The notes under the pieces: generated by a model
The model's input: the letters and a program-made list of their open reading frames with translations, nothing else
The model's database searches: none
Told to the model about the DNA's origin: nothing
NCBI RefSeq assembly: GCF_006345805.1
Contig: NC_043000.1
Span: 8,432,001 to 8,496,000 of the forward strand
Source: Octopus sinensis
Lineage: Eukaryota
DNA length: 64,000 bases
Reading direction: 5' to 3'
Position numbers and translations under genes: made by a program
In this document: positions 1 to 11,926 of the stretch, one piece after another
How the letters are laid out: each line of letters starts with the position of its first letter
Position numbering within the stretch: position 1 is the first letter of the stretch

Positions 1-1455
1 ATGTGTCACCAACACGGATGCCAGTCAGGCGGCGCTGGCATCTCCCACTTTCGGACGGTGTATTGGTATATATTGCTAGAAACAGCAAGGTTTCTTTCCC
101 TAAAATTTCACATAGCTAACCTACACATGTTAATGTGAGAAAAGCAAAATCGGAATTTTGAAAGAAGTTTCTATAAAACTAGTTTTTAAACATCGAAAGG
201 CTATGGGGGTCCTTTAGAATAAAATAGTAACCAAAGGAGTCCATTGGTAAAAAATGGTTGAGAAGCCCTGATCTAAGCCAACCCAAAGGTTCTGAATTCA
301 ATTCCCAATAAAGGTGGCATTTAAATAATAGCAGGTGAACACCTAGGAGTCACTTCATAGGTGAGCTTGGCTCTTTTCTTAGCATATCAGAAAGGAATGG
401 GCTGGGCCACTTGTTTGAGAGTTCTTCTTTTGAAGATTTCTCCTGCTGTCTGTCCCCTCCATAAGTGAGTTTCCACTTTCACTTTCTGCTGTCTTCAGCT
501 GATAATGTGTGAGAATTACATTAAGATTATGACTACTTGATGTATAAACTGCTATTTAAAACTTTAAGTCAATAAGGTAATCTAGTTGATTGACCAAATG
601 GAATGCATATTGGTGACACCCAAGTTCTGTGGTTGTGTAGAAATGGCTCCAATTCTGATGGTAGCAAGAACGATAGAAACTGGAGGCAGCGCTGGTGCTA
701 GGATATTTTGTACCCTAGGTCAGTTCTTCAATGCATGCCCCTTCTCAAAGCTCAAAAGTGTATTCTTTCTACTGTAGCCATTTATTCTGCACCACTTTCA
801 ACAACTTTATCACTATAGATTCCTCCAGTTGTCATTCTGTTTACTTGACACCTTAGGCAAGTGTCCCCTACTACAACCTCAGGCTGACCTAGGCCTTGTG
901 AATGGATTTGGTAGGCTGAGAGTGAAAGATGCCTGTTAAATATCATCATCTTCATCGTGTGACGTCTGTTTTACCTGATGGCATGGGTGGGACAGTTTGA
1001 CAGGAACTAATAAGTCAGAAGACTGCTCCAAGCTTTGCCTTCCTTTTTTTGGCATCGTTTCTTTTGTTGGATGCTTTTATATTGCCCCAGCAGCAGTGAG
1101 GTCACAGAGTGCAGTGTATTTGGTGCTTTTTATGTAGCACCAACAGCAATGAAGTCATCAAATGACTTGCCAGACAAGACCCCCCCCTCAACAGGGAGGG
1201 GTGAAGTAGTAGTATTGAAGGACAGACAGATGTCTTGCGTTAGAAGAGAGACATGGCTACTTCAGGTGTAGAGAAAGATGGTGACAATGTGACGGAGAGG
1301 GGGTAGGGGCTGGACGTGTAAGTTACAGGGTGGTGTATATAGGTGATGTGGACCAGGGATTGGAGAGGGTAGATAGGTGGGGGAGTTCACAAGATTTCAA
1401 AAGGAGAGTGAGAGCTAGAGGGTGTGGTGGGGAAAAGGAAGAGATTGAACAGGTG

Positions 1456-1499
<44 letters not shown>

Positions 1500-2229
1500 A
1501 CTATCTCCATGCCTTGACTTTGTGTGTGTAGTTGTAAACGAATGTCACCATCATGCAAAGATGGGGTCTTTTGTTTCCAGTCTTCCATGAAAGCATGTTT
1601 GGCCATTGGGAGATATTACCTTACTTGGAAACAGGTGAGGGTTGACAACAGGATGGGCATCTGATCTTTAAAAAATCTGCCTTAACAAATTCCATCCCAT
1701 GCGAGAATGGAAACGTGCATGTTAAAATGATGATGATGATGGTGATGATGACGATGACGATGATAATTATTGAGTAAATGTGTTAACTGATAAAATTTGG
1801 AATTTGTTAAGCGAAATCATTCGACCGCCTCAAGGATGGCCATCATCTGTTCCGAGAGTGACCTCCCCTGCTCCCTTTCCTACTGAGGTTTTTGTGATTT
1901 CAGTTGCATGAAGAAATTTTGTTTAGGTGTTCAGAATTTGGGCAGTGTTCCTAGATTTTAAGATCTTAAACAACCATCAAGTTGTTCTAATGTGTAATGC
2001 TAGCCCTGACTAACCAGTGCAAAATTCCTAAATATTAAAAAATGATACTGCCCATCATACGTTAAGTATTGATCAATTTTAGGTTTCTGTGAATAAATTC
2101 AGACCAGGGGATATACGACAAAAAAAAAAATTCAAGATAACTTTTCATTTAGGTGTCCCAAGTAGAAATTCCGTGACGTATTTCGATCATCTTTCAAGTA
2201 TTTGATTTATGTGTAATCTAAACAAATGT

Positions 2230-2820
2230 AGAGTTAGAACTAAAGAGTTGTTTCCCTTGTTGTAGTTTTTTATTTTCTTTCCTTTTCTTTTTTTCTGAGG
2301 TTTCATTTTAGATTTGTATTTTTTTTTATTGTATCATTGTAGCTTAAAGACTTATGGCATATTTTTCTCTTCTTCTCTCATTAAATCACTGTTCTTAATG
2401 TTTATATAACTGTATATATAATCATAGTTCTCTGCTTGATATACTCTATTTATATAACACAAGCAAAACGCCCCCCCCCCATCCAATGGATGGTGCTGGG
2501 TTGTCAAACATTTAAACTTCTCCGACCGTCCCATAGGCCTCCTCTTTGAGAAACACTGATTTAACCGAAATTTGAGACACCAGCAAAAGAAGAAATAAAG
2601 ATAGACTTTATTTCAAGCTGATGTACTTGTGCGTACAGATGCATGTTCCCACGGCTTTATCAATCGCATTCTCACCTGGAATCGATTTTTGTAATTTTTT
2701 CAAGACTTATAAACGCCATGATACCATCGGTATCTACATATCAAATTTGAGCGCAATCGGATGGAGGATGCCCAACATCCTAGAAGACACATACAGACAG
2801 AACGGATTTTATATAATAGA
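2230..2820 (-). mobile_element. Helitron-like non-autonomous fragment (5' terminus only clear)
   Basis: Ends acatacagacagaacggattttatataataGA|t like the other Helitron 5' ends; CTAG end not found; left boundary approximate. Confidence 0.4.
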
Positions 2821-3891
2821 TTAGGAGCAAATAATATTCTTTACCAGCAATTGAGCAATTGATTGCTCTTTTTTTCAACATTGTTTGTGTGTGCAAAAAT
2901 AGATATCTTTATTCAGTAGCTGGTTAAAAGAATATATGAAGTTTGTAGAGGATATTCAGTTTGTTTTAAGGAATAATGACTTCTAAATTAATTACACTTG
3001 TTTGGTTTAAATTGTCAGCATATTTAAAAATATTTGGAGGTGTCTTTTGTTTTGCTACATAATTACTTCAACTTTGCTGTGAGTCTTGTTTAACCCTGAG
3101 TCAACCCCAATTGAGCTGACCTATAATCAAAGACATTCTAGTCATGACCACCACATCTTTTATTCTTTTTTTTTTTTACAAACAGTGAATGACATTATCC
3201 TATGTGTCCTTTCTTCACTTAAAATTGTTGGGTGTTATTTGAAGGAAATTGGGCTACTATTTCTAGCAATTGAAGTAACTATATAGAGGCTTTTTCATTG
3301 ATGTTTATAAGAATTTATATTCCTTATAGACTGTTATAGAGAGGTAATAAAAAGGGAGATAATGTTGCAAGCCTTCCCTAATAATCAATGGATACACAAC
3401 TGAATGTTTTAGATAAGCCATAGCGTCAACAGAGCATGTAATTAGTTTCTGGTCGCTTACCCCAATATGTTGCTGGTATTTGATGATCTTAATGGGATAA
3501 AGATTGGGAGCAATGTTTCTTCTAAATTTTTTTCTATGGGTGTCCACAGAAATTTACCAGTGAGCAAACTCAATCTTTCTTTGCAAAATATGTCTACAAT
3601 AATCACCACTTGAATTTGTTCTGTTAAAAAGAAAATTCAATTTCATCCTGCAAACTTTGAGTGTACACATTTTTTTTTTGTGTGTGTGCAAGTTGTAAAA
3701 TGTGTGAAGGTGCACAAATGCACAGTTTATAGAGTGCCCTGACTGAAATACGGAATACATTCATCATGTGATGTATGCATAGGTATCTTAAGATACTTGA
3801 CTACTTGAAAAGAAATGAGTGAATTGATGTATGAGATAATTCATATGAAATAGTAATATAGTTTATTTTCCTTTTTACTTTTAACTTCTAG

Positions 3892-3973
3892 GTCAAAATC
3901 ATCAACAAGAAGGAGAAATACGATGCAGTACAAAGTAGGGTTGGTTCAAAGGATAACATCACTCACAGACCAG
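3892..3973 (+). CDS. tau: tau exon A (82 nt, phase 0-1), repeat VKIINKKEKYDAVQSRVGSKDNITHRP(G)
   Basis: Acceptor ttttaacttctag at 3879-3891, donor CAG|GTATGA at 3974; RVGS and HRPG motifs. Confidence 0.93.
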
Positions 3974-6900
3974 GTATGATATATATATGTACATACTTAA
4001 TGATGTATATATACATACACTTATATTATTATTATCATTATTTCATATACATGCAGCAGATTAAATTGTTGGAAAAGAAGAATTCCTAACATCAGGTTAC
4101 AACAAGTAACCTTAGATGCCAAAAACCTTCCTAAGTGTCCTAGCTGTCCCTAATAACACTATTTTCTGGAGCTGCACTAAACTAGGTTTTGTGTCTATTT
4201 TCTCTATCCATTTGTTCAAATCTTTAGGGATAGTTCCTAATGCACCTATACAGGTGCAATGTTATCATCATCATCGTTATTATTTTTAAGGTGGTAAGGT
4301 GGCAGAATCATTAGCATGCCTGGCAAAATGCTTAGCAGCATTTTGTCTGTCTTTATATTCTGAGTTCAAATTCTATCAATGTCAGTTTTGACTTCCATCC
4401 TTTCAAGGGTAATAAAACAAGTACCAGTTATGCACTGAGGTCAATGTAATTGACTTACCTCTCCCAGAAGTTCCAGGCCTTAATCATATATACTTATGCA
4501 TGTATAAAAACATGGTACAGAAATCTGATTTCTTAATTGAAATATTAAATATACAGTTCACATATAAAACTTCCTAGACATATTAAGAATAAATATGCAA
4601 ATATTAACACATAAAGAATGATGGGCTACAATTGTAGCCATGAAGCAGAGGTCGACCAGCCACGATTATAGCCCAGATTGATGCATTTAACTTATGGGCG
4701 TTTGTTAGGGTCTAATGTCACTCAAACACTCTGACACCCCACCAGAATGCAAGAGGGCTGATAGTTCAACTAATGACTTTTCAGACGATGTAAAACTTGT
4801 CACCATTATATACTAAGAAAATATTTAAACTATTTTTGTTATGTGTGTATGGTAGTCTCATTTTCATTAAATGTGCTCAGCAGTCCATGCTATGTGAGTG
4901 CAAATCCCAGCACTTTATCAGTTGACACATATAAGCACCAATCAGCAAACAACTTGTTTGCTGAAATTATAAATAAAGCCTGTGCCTTTGTGTCGGCTCA
5001 GAATTCCAGCAACTTCTGGCTGATGAGATGCAACATGTCTAAACGATAGTGTCTCAGAATGCTGTGTAGCAATGAGCCAAGTGAGTTGAATACGTTGTTG
5101 TCATAAAATGAATGAGTTATTCTTCTATGGCATACACTACAGCGACCAGCATATTTTACATCTGAACTTGCCTTCATTTATTAACAATGAATATGCAAAC
5201 ATTTATTTTAGATTTTGCTGTGCATGATGTAAATAACAATTTTTTCATAGTTGGCAGATATAATTCATTTGCTGAAAGTATAAACAAAGCCACCAGCTTG
5301 GTTTGAGCTCAAAGGTCCGGGTACTTCTAGCTGGAAAGACACAGAATGTCACATCACTAGTGTCCCAGAATCCTGTGTGGAAACAAGCCAAGTGTGTTTT
5401 GACATTCATCATAAAAGAGAGAAGTTATTCTCCTATGATGGTGACCAGCATATTTTGTGTCTGAAACCTGCTGAAATATATTAAGAATAAATGCACAAAT
5501 ATTAATCCCAGATCTCACCATACATGGTGCAAATAATGATTTTGTTTATCATCTAGCAGATATAAGCACCAATCAGCTAACAACAAAAATTATGCTTAGT
5601 GACATTTTGTTGAGCTCTTCTGAGTTCAAATCCTGCCAAGGTTATATTATCCTTTCATCCATTTGGGACTGAACAGATAAAGTTGACTGGGGTCAATGTA
5701 ACCAACTTGATCCCTCCCCTCAAAATTGATGGCCTAAAACCCTGCAATGGACTAGCATCCCATTAAAGAAGGGCTGTTGTGATCAAAATCACTTATAGGC
5801 TATAGAAATCAGGGATAAAAAAAAAAATGTATAACAAATGTTTAACAAATATTTATTTATTGTAACTTTAATTTCTTAATCTTTTGAACTACTGCTCCTC
5901 TTTAGAGCAGTTTTTCCTCCATCTCTACTTTGTGTAGAAATTTTATGGGACATTTTTAAAAAATAGAAATTGGCAACCAAAATGTTTTTCTAAATATATG
6001 TCTCTGTCATGCAAGTAGTGTCCTTCATTTCCATTTTACTGTGAAACATATCTGGCCAATGGGAAATATTGCCTTGTTTAGAAGCAAGTGAGGATTGGTG
6101 ACAGGAAAGACATCTGGCCACAGAAAATCTGCCTTAACAAAATTCCATCTGGCCCTTGGAAAAGTGGATGTTAAAATGATGATTTTTTGAAAGATGTAAA
6201 ATTAGTTAACTGATATCAAGAAATGTATTTTCTTTTTTTTTTATATTTTGTACTAATTTTATAAAATTCTTTTATATTGTGCTAACTTTATTCAATTCTT
6301 TATCATATGTATTTAAATTACAGGTGGTGGAAATATAAGAATTGAAAACAAACGATTGTCTTATCTGGAAAGTGCTAAACCAAAGGTGGGCTCCTTGGAT
6401 AAAGTTGACCATAAACCTGGTGGTGGAGATAAAAAGGTTAGCTTTACACTACATTTGCATTACAGTTTTTTTTTATTTCTTTGTATTCTCCATCAATACA
6501 GATATTTCTATTTCAGCTATTTAACTATGGCCTGTTGTCATTATGAACTGCATTAACGTTTTGGTGAAAACTAAAATTAAATTATATATTACATCAAAAC
6601 TCTAGCTTTGATTTCAGATTTAGGCAGCCGTAAACAAGCAAAAAATATTAGTTATCATTATAGATTTTTTAATTTCATTTAGAAAATGGTATTGGCACTA
6701 TGAAGTAAGGTTCTATAATTGAAAAAAAAAAAAAAAAAAAAAAAAAAGGAGCTGGTTTGTTTTCCAAAAGACAGCACTGAATTGTTGACTGTAATTCCTA
6801 TTTTACAGCAGGTAATTATTAACTAATTGTTCTGAGCATTATAATTTACTAATTAATTTGTTAATAATTTGATTTAGAAGCTGTGTCATTTAGTTGGCTC

Positions 6901-7915
6901 CACATTCCTTCTTTTAGTTAATCAGAACTTTCAACATTAAAATAATCATCAGTTAAGCATTATTTTTAAATATAATCTTTTTTAATTTTTTTATTGCTTA
7001 AAATATCTTTTGTATTGCTATTTTTATCGTTATGCTTCTTTCTTTAATTATGTCATAGAAGTTTCTAAGTGCTTAAGATAATTTTAACATATTTTAGAAT
7101 ATGTTTCTCTTGTTTATTCAGAATTTCCCGGGTGTTGAGAGTTTTATAACAAGATACTCCATTTCATAATAAGTCCTCCATTTGTTATATATTTATCTAT
7201 TAGGGGATTAATTTTCTCTTGGATATCTAAATTAGTTTTAGGCTTGTACTCAATAGCTTCATAGCCAGTTATCCAGATCAGTTGCAACCAAGCTTGATGC
7301 TACTCAACTTATCAATTCTATTTCACTCCTATAATTTCAGAAAGTCAACTTTTACCCTTATATTTCTTACATTTTTGTCATTGTTAGTCAGATCATTACC
7401 ATTTTATATTCTGTTTCACAATTAGCACCGCAGTTAAATCTTTAACACATGCCAGTGTGGTGGCATGTGTTAAGGTAGTGGACTGGTAGGGTCATTAGAA
7501 TCTTGGACAAAAGCCATACATTTGTAATTCTTCTTGCTCATTACATTCTGAATTCAAACCCTGCTTTGGTCAGTTTTGCTTTCATCCTTTTGGGATTAAT
7601 GAAATAAATTACCAATCAAGTATTAGGGTTGAGTTAATTGGCCACTAAATTTCTGGCTTTTGCCCATGTTAGAAACAATATTTGTTGTCATGGATTAGAG
7701 GAGATCACCAAATTTCAATGATACTTCTGAGGTTGAGATAATCTTTTATCCATGTAGGTTTCATTAGGTCTTTTGAAGATGGAAAATTAAAACCCCCTTC
7801 AAAAAACAGTATGAGGCATTTTGGCACAGACATTTTAGTGCCACTTATTTGGTGTCACTGATTTGGTACTGACTTGTTTGGCATCAGATGTTTTAATGTT
7901 TCCCTCACTGTCTTT

Positions 7916-7980
<65 letters not shown>

Positions 7981-8368
7981 GCAGCGTGGAAGGTGTTTAT
8001 AAGCCATTTAAGAAACACACAAAAGCCGTTCGATTCACTTCAACATTTAAGTTTAATTTGTCAAAATATTTTCGTCGCTAAAATCCACGACCTGTTCACT
8101 GACAAAGTCCGTGCTTGTCAAAATATTTTCGTTGCTAAAATCCACGACCTGTTCACTGACAAAGTCCGTGCTGCAGCACGGACTTTGTCAGTGAACAGGT
8201 CGTGGATTTTAGCGACGAAAATATTTTGACAAATTAAACTTAAATGTTGAAGTGAATCGAACGGCTTTTGTGTGTTTCTTAAATGGCTTATAAACACCTT
8301 CCACGCTGCAATTGTTTTCGTTTCAGCACACGATCTCAGATCAAATTACTTGCTATGCGAGTACATCT

Positions 8369-8437
<69 letters not shown>

Positions 8438-9545
8438 CATATTTCTGTGTGTTTGCTCCAACAACAAAAAAGTACTGTTGCCAAAACAGGCCATTTACCT
8501 GCTCAGATGTGCTAAATCATCTGCGTCCAGGCTGTTGTGTCAAGTCATCTTATTGTAGTGACAGGAAAAGTATCCAACTGTAAAACAATGCCTTAATAAA
8601 ATGTAACAATCTTAACCCAAGCTATGTTTGAAAAATGGATGTAAAATGAGAACAGATGAATGATGTGTATGTGAGAGACAGAGAGAGAGCAGTGGAGTGG
8701 GAAAGAGAAAGAAAGAGGTAGATAGATAAATAGATGGAGAGAGGGGTGTGAAGCTTTTGTTCAAAAATATTTTTTTGTGTTGCTGCTATTGTTGCTTTGG
8801 AAATTGGCAAAATTGCTTGAGGATGCTTTTATTCATACAACTAAGAATTCTGTCTTAGTTTTCTCAAGGAATTCATTTGGTTATACTGACATTGTTGATA
8901 TTTATTCTAAAAGTTGTATTTTAAGACAAAAATTGATACATATATTCTAAACATTATTGCTCATGGTGTAATGGTTGACTAAAAGGCAGCTTTGGTTTGT
9001 GTTGTTAATTTTAATTCATATAGATGCCTATATACGCATTAGTGTGTGCATATACAAATATAGCCGGGCGAAATGCGTAGCTGTATTTCGTCTGCCATTA
9101 CGTTCTGAGTTCAAATTCCGCCGAGGTCGACTTTGCCTTTCTTCCTTTCGGGGTCGATAAATTAAGTACCAGTTACGCACTTTTTATTTAATTTCTCTTA
9201 GTTAACATATATCCTTTTTGACATTTCCAGTGCTTAGAAGTTCAATCATAAGGGATTATATATGTTTTGTCTACTTGAATGGAATCAACATAAATTTGAA
9301 GTTTTATAAAGTTATCTTACATTGTATGTTTATTTCTTAAGTTGATTGAGTTTCAAATAATGATGTCTGACAAAGTGAATGGACAATAAGAGTTTTATTT
9401 CATTTAATTGCAATGTGTTACATATATTGTATATATTATATATCTATATATGTGGTATGGTATGGAATAAAAAAAAAAAGCCCATTCATTTACTGAAATG
9501 GTTGTAATATCTCTTTGAATTTCTTTTTTTTCCTCATTTAAATTA

Positions 9546-9609
<64 letters not shown>

Positions 9610-9665
9610 TACATACATTCCTATATACATACATACATGTATGTATATATATATACATATATATA

Positions 9666-9711
<46 letters not shown>

Positions 9712-10907
9712 TAATTGTTTGGACTTTGGGTGTATGTCTAATAGTATGCCGGTTAAAGCACATTCACCATTTGGGCTACCTGATGTCATTCACAGTTATG
9801 TTATAATTTTCACTGGATCTCCATCAGCAATTCTGCTGTGTTTGTTTGGTTATAGTTCATGAGGGAATACATATATAATTTTATATATGTATATATATTG
9901 TATTTCGGGTTTGTCTTTTTTTTTTGTCAAATAAACACATGCACAATATGTTTGTTTTTCACTCATTTATTACTGTTCTTATTTGAACTCGTGTCCATTG
10001 CCTGGAAATCTTTTGTCATACCTCTGTGACCTCTTCAGCAACACTTTCTGTCTGCCTAGTGGACTAAGCAGAGCAGGAGTACACACGTGGACAGAAAGTG
10101 TTGCTGAAGAAGTCACAGATATGTGACGAAAAATTTCCAGACAATGGACACGAGTTCAAATAAGAACCGTAATAAACAAGTGAAAAACGAATATATAGTG
10201 TGTGTGTTTATTTGGCAAAAGAAAGAAAGAATGTCAACACACGGTTTCACATCAGGAATCTTGCAACACAAATTCTTAAACGTATATATGTGTATGTGTG
10301 TAAATAAATTATATGTATATATCTATATCATTGTAATCATTATAATTCAGAATACCTGAGGCATATCTAAGGTAATCTAGAGTAATTTATTTACAAGTCT
10401 GAACTGTGGGGGTTGCAGAGGATGCGAGAACCTCTTATTGTTCTCTTAGGTGACCAGAAAAATATTTGGAGATTTGAGTGCTTTCACATCATCAGCAATC
10501 TACAGCTAAAGCTTTCAAATGAATAAGTGTAGATATATCAGTATTATACACGTATATATATATATATATATACATATATATATAGGAGAGTATTGTAGTT
10601 CACTTGAAGTATTGTATATTGTTTGTAAAAAAATAATGTGTCTTGAATGACACAGCAATGTACTATAATATCAAAAATGAACTATAATAACTGTTATAAT
10701 TTAATCATCCACAGTCTGATATGATATTTCGGAATATAAAAATTCCTTCTTCAGATATCCCTAGGAATTGATTGAATCACGGTATGCCTGAAGAAGGAAT
10801 TTTTATATTCCAGAATATTATATCATATCAAACTATGGATGATTAAATTATAACAGTTATTACAGTCCATTGTTGTTATTATAGTGTATTGTTGTGCCAG
10901 TGAAGAC

Positions 10908-10969
<62 letters not shown>

Positions 10970-11619
10970 CATACATATATGTCCAATCCATGCAAGCTGG
11001 AACATAGATATTAAATGATGATGATGAGGATATGTATATAATAATAGACCCTCCCATCATTAGACGATGTATAAGGGTCTGTAATATTGTGTTTCAGCTG
11101 ATGGTTACGATTTTTTTTGTTTTTTTGTCATGAAGTCATGTTCTCATTCTTCTATTACAAAATGTGTAAGAAACAGCTGTAATTAACTGACAATTAACCA
11201 TCGTCTGTTATTGTTCATTTGTTTATAATATACCAAGAGGATTTATGACTTATTGGACACCCTAAAATATACCAACAACATACAATTCAATGTAACACTT
11301 ACTCTAGGCCAGCCGCTTAATGCTAGATACTCATAAGATTGGGTTTTCTCTGTGTACACAACCAGAATATCCTACTTTCTAACCATAGGCTGGAACCACA
11401 GGTTTATACAGCCCTATCTGGTGCATATCTTTTCAAGAACCTGATTCTATCTGAATCCTTCACCTTCCATGCTGGAATGGGTGGAACGGTTTGACAAGAG
11501 CTGGCCAGGCCTGCAACAGACTTCTGTAACTGTTTTGGCTGGATTTTTACAGCTGGATGCCCTTTCTAACACCAACCACCCTGCAGAGTGGATACACACA
11601 CACACATATATATATAAGA

Positions 11620-11658
<39 letters not shown>

Positions 11659-11886
11659 TATATATGCGTGTCAGCATCTGCACTGCTAAAAGTAGAAGTC
11701 AAAAATACTTCTGTGCCACGGAATAGTCACAAAATTAATACATGCATGATAGCAAAAAATTCCAGTGAACAATAAAATTGTCTTACCGTTGCTAGGTCAG
11801 CAAAAGTAATGCTGGTTAGTTTGATGTCACAATTTCAAATTTAGCACCAAATGGCACCTGATTCTTGTCAGCCAAACCTGCCTCCC

Positions 11887-11926
<40 letters not shown>

